This document shows, piece by piece, positions 16,309-25,824 of a DNA stretch of 64,000 nt. Positions within the stretch are counted from its first letter, which is position 1, and each line of letters begins with the position of its first letter. This DNA is from Chthoniobacterales bacterium. GTDB lineage: Bacteria; Verrucomicrobiota; Verrucomicrobiia; Chthoniobacterales; UBA10450. Under the pieces are notes generated by a model, which had not been told where the DNA came from, did not search any database, and saw nothing but the letters and a program-made list of their open reading frames with translations. The stretch lies in contig DASXIC010000015.1 in NCBI GenBank assembly GCA_036498205.1, positions 152-64,151 on the forward strand. The letters run 5' to 3'. Both the position numbers and the translations under genes were made by a program.

Positions 16309-16830
16309 TTATTTTCGTTTCTTGTCGCTGCGTGTTTTTGTCGACTCAGCCGGAGCGCTTTCCGCTTTTGACTCGTCGCTTGATTTTACATCGAATCTGA
16401 GACTTACCGCTACATCATGATGCAACTTGATCTGCACTTCATGTTCGCCAGTGGTCTTGATCGGATGTTCCAGGTGAATCTTATGCCGGTCGATTTCGTG
16501 ACCGATCTCGTTCTTCAAGCGCGTCACAATGTCGTGGGCGGTGATGGAGCCAAAGGCTTTGCCGGTTTCGCCGGTCTCGAGCTTAAACGTCAGGCGCAGC
16601 TTATTAATTCGCCGGGCAAGCTCTTCCGCTTCGTTCAACTCACGCGCCTCGCGTTCCGCGCGTTTTTTCTTCAAATTACCCAGCTGACGCAAAGTAGCCG
16701 GAGTCACCTCGTAGGCTTTGCCCCGGGGCAGGAGATGATTACGCGCATAACCGCGACGGACCTTGACCACGTCCGCCTCGGCACCCAGACCCGGGACATT
16801 CTCTGTTAAAATAATTTCAGTCGACGGCAT
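16309..16830 (-). CDS. rplI: 50S ribosomal protein L9
   Basis: IILTENVPGLGAEADVVKVRRGYARNHLLPRGKA. The stop abuts the dnaB ATG (TAAATG). Confidence 0.9.
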   Translation of the reverse strand: MPSTEIILTENVPGLGAEADVVKVRRGYARNHLLPRGKAYEVTPATLRQLGNLKKKRAEREARELNEAEELARRINKLRLTFKLETGETGKAFGSITAHDIVTRLKNEIGHEIDRHKIHLEHPIKTTGEHEVQIKLHHDVAVSLRFDVKSSDESKAESAPAESTKTRSDKKRK

Positions 16831-16923
16831 GATAAAACCCGTGCGCGAGAGTTTCGCGCGGCAGCGGGAGCAGGATTATAGGACCAGTGATTTGGCTGTC
16901 AATCCGCTCAAAAAAATCTTTTC

Positions 16924-17472
16924 TCAAATCATCCCCAGCTTCATTCGTCCCGCTTCGCTGATCATGTTTTGATTCCAGGGCGGGTCCCAGACGAGCTGCA
17001 CATCCGCTTCATCTACGCCATCGATGGTGAGAATCTTGCTTTGAGCGTCATGGGCGATCGCCGGACCCATCCCGCAGCCGGGCGCAGTCAGGGTCATCTT
17101 CACATCGACCCGCGTGCCGCCGTCATCCTTTTTTATCAACTTGCAATCGTAAACCAAGCCAAGGTCGACAATGTTCACCGGGATTTCCGGGTCATAGCAT
17201 TGCTTCAATTGATTCCAGACATCCTCCTCCGAAACTTCTCCGTTTGAACCGGACTTGGTTTCCGGTGAGGCTTCCCTCGTCTGCAGCCCGATCGCATCCG
17301 CGTCCTTTTCCGATACGCGCAGCAAACCGTGGTAGGTCGCGATGGTATAGCTTCCACCGAGGGACTGGGTAATCACGCCCGGCGTGCCAGTCGGAACCGT
17401 GATGGTGTTCCCCATCGGAATCTGGATCGCTTCAATGTCGCGGCTGGTCGTGAATTCCGTGTTTTCGTGCAT
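16924..17472 (-). CDS. sufT: Fe-S cluster assembly protein SufT (DUF59/MIP18 family)
   Basis: 182 aa. A SufT-type N-domain is followed by the DUF59 core VWNQLKQCYDPEIPVNIVDLGLVYD...MTLTAPGCGMG. Confidence 0.75.
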   Translation of the reverse strand: MHENTEFTTSRDIEAIQIPMGNTITVPTGTPGVITQSLGGSYTIATYHGLLRVSEKDADAIGLQTREASPETKSGSNGEVSEEDVWNQLKQCYDPEIPVNIVDLGLVYDCKLIKKDDGGTRVDVKMTLTAPGCGMGPAIAHDAQSKILTIDGVDEADVQLVWDPPWNQNMISEAGRMKLGMI

Positions 17473-17475
17473 AGC

Positions 17476-17949
17476 CTAACCTTTCCGGTCTAAAACAACT
17501 TTCACTTTTTTTCCATCATCGGAAATTTGCTGCAGCAACGTGGGAAAATTTTTCACGTCGCTGCCGGCTGCTTGCCCTTGAACATCCAATGCATTGCGCA
17601 GCGCCCCTTCCACCAATTGCGCGCAATGGATCTTTACTGGAGGCAACGCGCCGAGAGGTGCAGCCAATTCCTGCCCACTCATCGTCTTGGCTTCGTCGGG
17701 CGTTTTTCCTTTGAGCAACTCGGTGGCAACGCTCGCCACTGCAATCGCTGTCTGACAACCAAAAGATTGGAAGGTGGCGCGGTCTATGACCTTGCGGCCA
17801 TCCTCCTCCTTGAACTTGATCCACATTCGCAACATGTCGCCGCAATCGGCACTACCAACTGTTCCGACCGCGTCCGCGTCGCTCATTTCACCAAGATTTT
17901 TTGGGTCCCGGATGGCGTCTGCTATTTTGGTTTCCAAATCTTCGTTCAT
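17476..17949 (-). CDS. iscU: IscU/NifU-type Fe-S cluster scaffold protein
   Basis: Three scaffold cysteines are present (SADCGD, SFGCQTA, IHCAQL), along with the LPPVK motif. Confidence 0.85.
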   Translation of the reverse strand: MNEDLETKIADAIRDPKNLGEMSDADAVGTVGSADCGDMLRMWIKFKEEDGRKVIDRATFQSFGCQTAIAVASVATELLKGKTPDEAKTMSGQELAAPLGALPPVKIHCAQLVEGALRNALDVQGQAAGSDVKNFPTLLQQISDDGKKVKVVLDRKG

Positions 17950-18542
17950 GTCTTTTCCAGGTGATAACGGGGCAGATTAGAATCGACTTCTTTACTCCAT
18001 GCATCAATCCCGCCACGGAGAACCTTCACATTTTCGAAATAATGCCCCTGAAAATACGCAGCGGCATCCAAAGCACGGTCACCGGTGTGATCATAAATGA
18101 CCAGCGGATCCTCGCGTGCCCACTTACTCAAAATTTCCTGCATCAGCTCCTGGGTGAAGAAATGTGCCCGGTCAATTTTTACGGCTTCGAACTCTTCACG
18201 TGTCCGAACGTCGAGCAAGTTTAAACGCTCACCCTGTCTGATCTTTTCTGCCAGGGCACGCGGCTCGATTTGCATCGCCCGTTCCGCCGAATCACTGGCA
18301 ATGATATGGCCGGTTACTTCCTCAACCGCAAGATTCCCGTTACGCGCGCACACCTCGGCCAGTGTTTCCTGCGTCCCAAACCCGCAGCTGCTGCAACCGC
18401 CGATGTGATATCGACGAAACAAGGCGCGCTGGGCGCCAGGGAATTGTTTCAACAATTCCCCCATCGTTAAGGTCGGATCGATCAAAGCCACATTGGGTCC
18501 CACAACCAAACCTAAGGTGCGGTACTTCAAGCGCAAGCGCAC
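17946..18542 (-). CDS. DUF1858 (ScdA_N-like) domain fused to a rhodanese-homology domain whose active-site Cys is replaced by Asp
   Basis: The N-terminus is IDPTLTMGELLKQFPGAQRALFRRYHIGGCSSCGF. The C-terminal rhodanese fold reads LLDVRTREEF...LVIYDHTGDRALDAAAYF...LRGGIDAW, with D where CX5R normally has Cys. ATGA overlap with iscU. The start (GTG at 18542) is uncertain. Confidence 0.6.
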   Translation of the reverse strand: MRLRLKYRTLGLVVGPNVALIDPTLTMGELLKQFPGAQRALFRRYHIGGCSSCGFGTQETLAEVCARNGNLAVEEVTGHIIASDSAERAMQIEPRALAEKIRQGERLNLLDVRTREEFEAVKIDRAHFFTQELMQEILSKWAREDPLVIYDHTGDRALDAAAYFQGHYFENVKVLRGGIDAWSKEVDSNLPRYHLEKT

Positions 18543-18590
18543 CGGCGCCGCCTGGCAACTTTTGCGATTCCGGAACGGGGGGACCGCCTT

Positions 18591-19811
18591 CTACAGAGTC
18601 TCGGGATGCTCGAGCAGGTCGATGACGCGCTTTAATAGTCTGCCACCACCACCGCCATCCAGGCTACGATGATCAAAGGTCAGTGTGATTTGCGCCTCCG
18701 TTGCAGGCACGAATTCGGATTTCGATTCATCCCACCGCGGCGTTTTCTTTCCCACACCGAGACCGAGAATCATTGTTTGATCTGGTAAAGGAATTGGCGT
18801 GCCCCATTCCACTCCAAAGGTCCCGAAGTTCGACACCGCGGCAATTCCTCCGCTTTGCATTTCCGGAGAAATACGCCGCTGCCGGCCGAGCGTTACCAGC
18901 TCCTCGTAACGTTTCGTTAGATCCGCGAGCGAGGTTTTATCCGCATTGCGGATAATCGGAACAATGATTCCGTCCTGGGCTTCGATGGCAAGGCCAACGT
19001 CGATCGCGGACGATTGCACGACGCGCGATCCGACTAGCTTCGAAGCTGCCGCAGGATTTTCAGCGAGGGCTAATGCGAGCGCGCGCAAAGCGTAAAGCGC
19101 AGGCCCGGGTTTGGGCTCGTGCTTTTTGCGATCGTTGAGAACCGGATCGAGATCCAGGGAAGAACCAATGGTGGCGAGCGGCCGTGACCAGCTGCGGCGC
19201 ATGGCGTCGGCCACGCCCACTCGAATGGCAGAGGCGTCGCTTTCCGTCTGCGATTCCATTTGCTTGAGATAGTTCTCCAGATCCTTAATCGTCACCCGAT
19301 TGCCCGCGCCAGTGCCTGCAATGCCGGCAAGATCCGAAGCCGTTAGCTGCAACTCGATCATCCGTGCCCGCAGTCGCGGTGACAAAAATCCTGCCCCTTT
19401 GGCCGCCACCGGCACAGGCAATCCGTCGCGCGTAACTCTTTCTTCGGCGCCGTTCCCGGCGCTCTTCTTAGCCGCCACTCTCTCCTCCCCAGCGCGGCCG
19501 GGAATTTCCTGTGGAACTTCCTGACTGATTTCCGGGGCCGATTGTTTGGTGAATCGCGCGGCGTCCTTCTCGCTGGCCTCGATATAACCCAGGACAGCGC
19601 CAATCGGGTAAGTCTCCTTCACTTGTGCTTCTATTTTCCCGATCTCGCCCGCACATGGCGTCGTGACACCCATGACGGCTTTGTTCGTCTCGACCTCCAT
19701 AATTTCCTGATCGGCTGAGACCTTTTCGCCTGGCTGCACTTTGATCGTCACGATGGTCGCCTCAGCAATGGATTCGCCGAGCTGTGGCATGAGAATGGGA
19801 ACCTGTGGCAT
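18591..19811 (-). CDS. 2-oxoacid dehydrogenase E2 (dihydrolipoamide acyltransferase)
   Basis: Lipoyl domain ILMPQLGESIAEATI...EVETNKAVM and catalytic DHRSLDGG. The start is set at MPQVPIL (19811), 4 nt after the E1beta stop. Confidence 0.85.
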   Translation of the reverse strand: MPQVPILMPQLGESIAEATIVTIKVQPGEKVSADQEIMEVETNKAVMGVTTPCAGEIGKIEAQVKETYPIGAVLGYIEASEKDAARFTKQSAPEISQEVPQEIPGRAGEERVAAKKSAGNGAEERVTRDGLPVPVAAKGAGFLSPRLRARMIELQLTASDLAGIAGTGAGNRVTIKDLENYLKQMESQTESDASAIRVGVADAMRRSWSRPLATIGSSLDLDPVLNDRKKHEPKPGPALYALRALALALAENPAAASKLVGSRVVQSSAIDVGLAIEAQDGIIVPIIRNADKTSLADLTKRYEELVTLGRQRRISPEMQSGGIAAVSNFGTFGVEWGTPIPLPDQTMILGLGVGKKTPRWDESKSEFVPATEAQITLTFDHRSLDGGGGGRLLKRVIDLLEHPETL

Positions 19812-19815
19812 CTTA

Positions 19816-20784
19816 TTATTCTCGAAGAAGTTTTGTTGCTCTGGCAGCGATCGCCTTGCGGCTGGGTCGATGTGCGGACCAGAGATTCGGATGATACGGA
19901 ATAGGCGTGTCCTTCGCGTTGACGCGCGCCGGCGCCGCATCGAGCAAATGAAACCCCTCGGCTGCGACACGCGCAATTATCTCCGCCGTCACGCCGCCCC
20001 ACGGAAACGATTCACCCACTGCGAGCAGCCGACCTGTCCTGGCAACCGACGCGAGCACGGTCGCGGTATCGAGGGGCTTAACCGAACGCAAATCCACCAC
20101 TTCGGCTTCGAATCCCTGTCGCGCCAAATCCTCCGCGGCCGCAAGGGATTCGTGTAACATCGCGCTGTAACTGACAATCGTGAGATCGCGACCCACGCGG
20201 GCAATCCGCGCTCTGCCTGCCGGTAATCCTTTGGTGGGAAGGCTGTCCGCCTTCAAATGATAATAGAGATATTTGTGCTCGCAGTAGACAACAGGATCAT
20301 CGATAGCGACCGCTTCAATCAGCATCGTGTAAGCGTCTTCCACCGTCGCCGGAGTCATTACGATCAATCCCGGATAATGCGAATACAGCGCCTCCATTGA
20401 CTGGCTGTGGAAAGGACCGCTTCCCTGCGTTCCGCCGGAAGGCAACCGCACCGTGATGGGGCACGAAATATTTGTCCGCCAGAAAACTGTGCCGGCGTTG
20501 TTCAGAATTTGGTTCAGTGCAATGCTCGAGAAATCGGCGAATTGCATTTCCACGATTGGGCGCATGCCTTCAAGGGCCGCGCCAATGGCGGTGCCGACCA
20601 TCGCGTCCTCGCTAATCGGAGTATTTAAGACCCGGCCTGGAAATTCCTTGGCCAGCCCCTTGGTAGCTTTAAATGCGCCGCCAAAAGTTCCGCCGACATC
20701 CTGTCCGTAAATGAAGACGCGTTTGTCATCGCGCAGCAACTTCGCCTGCGCCTCGCGGATTGCCTCCAGATAGGTGATGCTCAT
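19816..20784 (-). CDS. 2-oxoacid dehydrogenase E1 component, beta subunit
   Basis: ITYLEAIREAQ...VFIYGQDVG..GGAFKATKGL. The start at MSITY makes an ATGA overlap with the E1alpha stop. Confidence 0.9.
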   Translation of the reverse strand: MSITYLEAIREAQAKLLRDDKRVFIYGQDVGGTFGGAFKATKGLAKEFPGRVLNTPISEDAMVGTAIGAALEGMRPIVEMQFADFSSIALNQILNNAGTVFWRTNISCPITVRLPSGGTQGSGPFHSQSMEALYSHYPGLIVMTPATVEDAYTMLIEAVAIDDPVVYCEHKYLYYHLKADSLPTKGLPAGRARIARVGRDLTIVSYSAMLHESLAAAEDLARQGFEAEVVDLRSVKPLDTATVLASVARTGRLLAVGESFPWGGVTAEIIARVAAEGFHLLDAAPARVNAKDTPIPYHPNLWSAHRPSRKAIAARATKLLRE

Positions 20785-21809
20785 TCGCCTTCGTCGCAAA
20801 GTGCCCGAGTCGAAATCGCGCACCAATCTTCTTCATTTGCGTCAGGCACAGGCTCTTTTTGCGCGGTACTTACGGCGTCTTCGACTTGTCGCGCTGCTTC
20901 CTCTCGCCATTTGTGCAACGTTTCCGGGTCGGCCAGTCCGTTCTGAACGATGAACTGCTCCGATCGCAGCAGACAATCCTGAGCGAATGGTTCCTTGCGG
21001 ATATCATCGGTGACATAACCGAAATCATCGTGTTCACCATGCCCGGCAAGGCGCAAAATCGAGGCAACTACCAGCTGCGGAGGGCGGCCCGCACGCGCGC
21101 GTTGGACCGCGCCGCCAATCACTTCAAGGCATTCGGCCAGATCCGTGCCATCTACCTCGTAACCTTCAAATCCGTAGCCCAGCGCCCGGTCGGCCAGCGT
21201 CTGGCAGGCAAACTCGCGATCGTTCGGGGTGGAATAGGCGAAATGATTATTGGTCGCGACGACGACCAGTGGAACCTGTTCGACTGCGGCGATGTTCAAG
21301 CCTTCATGCGTCGCCCCGGTCTGCATTCCGCCTTCACCAATCGTGGTCAAACCGATGAAACCTTTCTCACCGCGCCAACGCTTGGCCATTAATGAACCTA
21401 CGACGACCGAAATCATCGCTCCGAGATGACTAATCATGGCGAGCTGGCCCTCTCGCGGCCGACCACGGTGAATGTTCCCGTCGCGTCCGCGCATTGGTCC
21501 CTGCCGGGAACCGAGATAAGTCCGAGCTACGTCGACCAGCGGTTCACCAAACGCCGATCGCCCCGCCTGATCTCGAATAAGAGGCGCAAAGATATCGCCT
21601 TTTCGCAAAAAAATGCCGCACGCCACGCTGACAGCTTCCTGGCCTTTGCCAACGTAAACGCCACCGGTGATTCGTCCGCCCCGATATAAGCTCGCGAGTT
21701 TTTCCTCGAATACGCGGGCCAGGAGCATCCAACGAAACGCTTCGACGTAGCGCTCGTGAGGCGGCGCCTTTTTTCCTGTCTCTTCCTGCCGTCGCGCCGT
21801 CTGCAACAT
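20781..21809 (-). CDS. 2-oxoacid dehydrogenase E1 component, alpha subunit (ThDP-dependent)
   Basis: ThDP motif region GEGGMQTGATHEGLNIAAVEQVPLVVVATNNHFAYS. The start is moved to the ATG at 21809, because the longer ORF N-terminus (SFEFAQNDEK) is a read-through of repeat copy B. Confidence 0.8.
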   Translation of the reverse strand: MLQTARRQEETGKKAPPHERYVEAFRWMLLARVFEEKLASLYRGGRITGGVYVGKGQEAVSVACGIFLRKGDIFAPLIRDQAGRSAFGEPLVDVARTYLGSRQGPMRGRDGNIHRGRPREGQLAMISHLGAMISVVVGSLMAKRWRGEKGFIGLTTIGEGGMQTGATHEGLNIAAVEQVPLVVVATNNHFAYSTPNDREFACQTLADRALGYGFEGYEVDGTDLAECLEVIGGAVQRARAGRPPQLVVASILRLAGHGEHDDFGYVTDDIRKEPFAQDCLLRSEQFIVQNGLADPETLHKWREEAARQVEDAVSTAQKEPVPDANEEDWCAISTRALCDEGE

Positions 21810-21869
21810 CGAACGATTGTAGCCAACATCAGCGCCGCTGCCCAAAAATTTTTCAGTGCACAGTTTTTC

Positions 21870-21976
21870 GTCATTCTGAGCGAATTCGAAGGACGCGACC
21901 TGTTCCGGAGCGTAATGCAAAATTTCCGGCTCCAGATCAAATGAGATCCTTCACCGTCGGCGCGGTTCAGGATGAC
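21870..21976. repeat. REPIN/MITE-like inverted-repeat element, copy B
   Basis: Left arm GTCATTCTGAGCGAATTCGAAGGA. The right arm is GAGATCCTTCACCGTCGGCGCGGTTCAGGATGAC. Its reverse complement matches the left arm of copy C at 30 of 34 positions by hand alignment. Confidence 0.7.
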
Positions 21977-21988
21977 ACAGCGAAGCAA

Positions 21989-24900
21989 CTATCCCCGGCC
22001 GGCCAGACGCGGTTCGCGTTCCGGCTCACTCATCGGAAATTGTCGCTGTTCACTTACCGGAGCGATGGGATTGTTGGCCCCCGCCGGGCGCGGTGCAGTC
22101 ATTTTCATTCCTACCAATTTGCTCACGCCGCGCTCTTCCATCGTTACTCCATAGAGCACGTCAGCCTTCGCGATCGTGCGTTTGTTATGCGTAATGATGA
22201 TGAACTGGCTTTGCCTGACAAAGCGTTCCAGAACACGAATAAACCGATTGATGTTCGATTCGTCGAGCGGCGCATCCATTTCGTCGAGAACACAAAACGG
22301 ACTGGGGCGCACCATATAAATTGCAAAGAGAAGCGCTACCGCCGTCATCGTGCGCTCACCGCCGCTCAGGAGTGAAATACTCTGTAGCTGTTTGCCCGGG
22401 GGCTTCGCGATAATCTCGATTCCGCAATTCAAGGCATCGTTCTCGTCCATCAACTGCAAGTCGGCGCGACCACCGCCGAAAAGCTCCCCAAACATTTCTC
22501 GAAAATTCATCCGCACCTGCGCGAATGTTTCGGCGAAGAGTTTCTGTGTCGTCACATTGATGCGCGCGATCACATCGAGCAATTCACGCCGCGAGTTGGT
22601 CAAATCGTTGTTTTGCGATTCGAGAAAACGAAAACGTTCCTCGAGTTCATCATATTCCTGGACCGCCTCCAAATTGACCGGTCCCATGCTATCCAGTTGT
22701 CGGGCGAGCTCGGTAATTAACTTCTGGATATCCTCGTCGTTAAGTGAGTCGGTCTCAGTTCGTTTTAATTGCGCGCGTAATACCTTTTCGTGGGCGTATG
22801 AGTCAGGCGCAAATTGCCGCAGATCGATCTGGTAACGTTGCGAGACATGCTCCGCCAGATGCTCGCTTTGGAGCTGGAGCTGGGTCTGCCGAACTGAGAA
22901 GGTGCCGCGCTTCTCCTGCAGTTCGCTTAAGCGATGCCGCGCACCGCGCAATTGGACTTCCTGGGCGTTGATCGTTTCCGATTGCGTCTCCCTTTCGGTA
23001 ATGAACTGAGCGATTTCGGTCTCCCGGCGGGTTAATTCTGCCGTCTGCAATGCGATAGCATTCTGGGCAGATTCACTTTCCGCCGCTTGTGCTAGTAATC
23101 GTGCCTCATAATTTCTAATCTCGCTTCCTCGGGTTGCGATTAATTCAGCCAGTTCCTTTTGGCGAGCGAGCATCGGTGCGCGCTGAGCCAGCAGCGCTTG
23201 ATGCTTCTGTTCCTGGGTAGCCACGCCGATCCGAAGCTCGGCCAGACGCGCGGCTCCTTCTTCTTCGCGCCGCCGAGCAACCCCGCATTCGTGTTCCAGC
23301 CGTTCCAGTTCAGCGCGTTGCGTGGCAATGTTCTCTTCCAGAATTCTCCGCTGTTCTTCTAATTCCTGGATGCGTCCGTCAGCCACCGCGATTTGCCGTT
23401 CCAGCGTGGCATGTTCCGACCGCAAAATTTCAAGGTCGCGGCCGGCCGAATAGTGCTCGCGCTCGACTTCGGAAATTTTCGCAGCCGACGCCGTCTGGGC
23501 CAGATGCGATTCCCGATGCATTGAACGCGATTGCTCGAGGGCCGTTGCCAGCGAAGCAATGTGCGCTTCCATCCTTTGCCGCGTTTGCTCGATCGCGGCG
23601 CGTTCACGCCGCCGGTTTTCCAGTTCGGTCGCAATAGAATCGATCGTCGCCTTGCGTCTAAGCAGCGAATCGGTTCCTGCTTTTCCTTTCCCGCCGAAAA
23701 GAACACCATCACCGGAAAAAAATTCGCCGCTTAACGTCGAGAAAGTGAGTCGCGGGTTTGTCGCTACTAACGCCAACGCGCTCTCAAGGTTGCTAAAGAT
23801 TGCAACGTTGTGCAAAAGTCTCGCGATCAGCGGCGCCAGAGAGGCGGGTGCGGTTACCTTGTCAACCGCCCATCCAATCGCACCATCCGGCAATGGTCTT
23901 GTCGCCTCCTTTTCGCCCGCCCCCTCTCTTTCCCAAACCAGGGCGGCCTGGCCGAGCTGTTGCCCATTCAAGAAAGAAATAACTTCGGCGGCGCGCTTAC
24001 GATCTCGCAAAACGATCGCATGCAAATTTCGTCCGAGAGCCGCTTCAACAGCGGCAACGAACTCATCTGGCACGCTGAGCTGAGCAGCGAGCGCCCCAGC
24101 CAAAGCAAAGGTTTCCGTTTTCAAGAGCGCCTGGGAACCCTTCGCCAATCCTTCTCCCTCCTCATTTAACTGCCGGAGAACTTCAAGGCGCGATTCGATC
24201 TCAGCGATGGCCCGATGAACGGCGATGACCTGTTTCTCCATGTCGGCCAAGGCGGTTTGTTGCACCCGGAGATCATCCTCCGAGGCGCGCACCCGCGTGA
24301 AAAGTTGCTCGACCGTCTCCTGCTCCTGTTCCGCGGCCAACCGCGCGCTCTGCAGCGTTGCTTGTAGTTGCTGGTACACGGAATCGGCGGACCCGATTTT
24401 AGCGACCAGAGTATCCGCGTCATGTCCCGTTGCGTCGCGGCGTGCGCGAAGTTCCTGTAAATCGTCCGTAGTCGTACTCAGGCGCAGCTCATCTTTCGAT
24501 AGATTCATTTGCACTTCGTGCAGTTGCTCGTCGCTCTTTTGCCGAGCATCACGGTATGAGCCCGTCAGCCGCGTGATCTCCTCCAGCTGCTCTTTTTGTT
24601 CCTGGAGATTGCGTCCAGTTTCCTCCACCGCTGCGTTGGCCGAGTCGATCTCAGTCTCATGCTCGCGTAGTTTTGTCTCGGCCGTTGCAATTTCGCGCTT
24701 ACTGCGCGTTATCAACTCGTTTAGCTCAATTCCGCGCTGCTCGTTAAATTCGATCCGACTTTGGTGGGCCGCGATCCCGCTCTCGATTCGCTGCAAATTC
24801 GCACGTTCTGAAGCAATATGGTCGTCCGCGGCATCGAGTTTATTACGGAGCTCGGTCAGTTTCGCTTCGCCAGCCTCAATTTCCCCGCGCATTTCCCGCT

Positions 24901-25663
24901 CCGTTTCTGTCAGCCGCTCGATCTCGGTCGTACAATGCGCCAATTCCTCTTGCAGGGTGCGTAATTTGCGATGCGAGAAATGTGTGTCGAGCACTTTCAG
25001 GTCAGCGTGGAGGGCTTGATATCGACGCGCCTTTCCCGCCTGCCGCTGCAGCGATCCAATCTGGCGTTTAACCTCTTTAATGATGTCGCCGATGCGCAGC
25101 AGGTTCGCCTCCGTCGCCTCCAACTTGTGCAGCGCTTCCTTTTTCTGTGTCTTATATTTGGTAATTCCGGCTGCTTCTTCGAATACGCTACGACGATCCT
25201 CCGGTCGGGAACTCAAGATCAGGTCGATTTTGCCCTGCTCCATGATCGAATAGGCGGTTCGCCCCACCCCCGTGTCTGCGAATAAGCTGTGAATATCTTT
25301 GAGCCGGCACCCGGTTCTATTCAGGAAATACTCGGATATTCCGTCCCGGTGAACTCGCCTTGTGACTCGAACGTCGTGCCAGTCAACCCCGAGCTCGGCT
25401 GCGCAGTCGGTAAAAGTAAGCGAAACTTCGGCAAAGCCCAGCGGCTTGCGCGAATCAGTCCCATTGAAGATGACATCCGCCATTTCGCCTCCACGGAGCG
25501 ATTTGGCTGATTGCTCTCCGAGCACCCATCGGACGGCGTCGAGAATATTGGATTTTCCACAACCATTGGGCCCGACGACGGCGGTGACGCCTTCATGAAA
25601 GCTAAAGATGGTCTTGTCAGCGAAGGACTTGAAGCCGAACAGCTCGAGAGATTGAAGATGCAT
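21989..25663 (-). CDS. smc: Chromosome partition protein Smc
   Basis: 1224 aa. N-terminal Walker A GPNGCGKSN, long coiled coils with a central hinge, and C-terminal LSGGERTMTAVALLFA...FCVLDEMDAPLD. Confidence 0.95.
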   Translation of the reverse strand: MHLQSLELFGFKSFADKTIFSFHEGVTAVVGPNGCGKSNILDAVRWVLGEQSAKSLRGGEMADVIFNGTDSRKPLGFAEVSLTFTDCAAELGVDWHDVRVTRRVHRDGISEYFLNRTGCRLKDIHSLFADTGVGRTAYSIMEQGKIDLILSSRPEDRRSVFEEAAGITKYKTQKKEALHKLEATEANLLRIGDIIKEVKRQIGSLQRQAGKARRYQALHADLKVLDTHFSHRKLRTLQEELAHCTTEIERLTETEREMRGEIEAGEAKLTELRNKLDAADDHIASERANLQRIESGIAAHQSRIEFNEQRGIELNELITRSKREIATAETKLREHETEIDSANAAVEETGRNLQEQKEQLEEITRLTGSYRDARQKSDEQLHEVQMNLSKDELRLSTTTDDLQELRARRDATGHDADTLVAKIGSADSVYQQLQATLQSARLAAEQEQETVEQLFTRVRASEDDLRVQQTALADMEKQVIAVHRAIAEIESRLEVLRQLNEEGEGLAKGSQALLKTETFALAGALAAQLSVPDEFVAAVEAALGRNLHAIVLRDRKRAAEVISFLNGQQLGQAALVWEREGAGEKEATRPLPDGAIGWAVDKVTAPASLAPLIARLLHNVAIFSNLESALALVATNPRLTFSTLSGEFFSGDGVLFGGKGKAGTDSLLRRKATIDSIATELENRRRERAAIEQTRQRMEAHIASLATALEQSRSMHRESHLAQTASAAKISEVEREHYSAGRDLEILRSEHATLERQIAVADGRIQELEEQRRILEENIATQRAELERLEHECGVARRREEEGAARLAELRIGVATQEQKHQALLAQRAPMLARQKELAELIATRGSEIRNYEARLLAQAAESESAQNAIALQTAELTRRETEIAQFITERETQSETINAQEVQLRGARHRLSELQEKRGTFSVRQTQLQLQSEHLAEHVSQRYQIDLRQFAPDSYAHEKVLRAQLKRTETDSLNDEDIQKLITELARQLDSMGPVNLEAVQEYDELEERFRFLESQNNDLTNSRRELLDVIARINVTTQKLFAETFAQVRMNFREMFGELFGGGRADLQLMDENDALNCGIEIIAKPPGKQLQSISLLSGGERTMTAVALLFAIYMVRPSPFCVLDEMDAPLDESNINRFIRVLERFVRQSQFIIITHNKRTIAKADVLYGVTMEERGVSKLVGMKMTAPRPAGANNPIAPVSEQRQFPMSEPEREPRLAGRG

Positions 25664-25824
25664 TGGGTGGCGTGGATTCGCCTGTTCTCGGAAATATAGT
25701 CGACGAAACCGGCGAGCAAGGCAAATCTACACAATTTGGCGTAGGGGGAGGGAGGCTGGCCACCATATTTTGTGGTGGGCGCTCAGTAGGCGGTTGCGCT
25801 GCGCTCCCGCAATCATCGGGCCGC

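Noticed and set aside
24225-25019. A 264-aa plus-strand ORF rich in Ser, Cys and Arg inside smc.
   Set aside because: It is antisense to the Smc coiled-coil region. Its low-complexity composition mirrors the Glu/Leu/Arg/Ala codons of the coiled coil. It is treated as a frame artefact.
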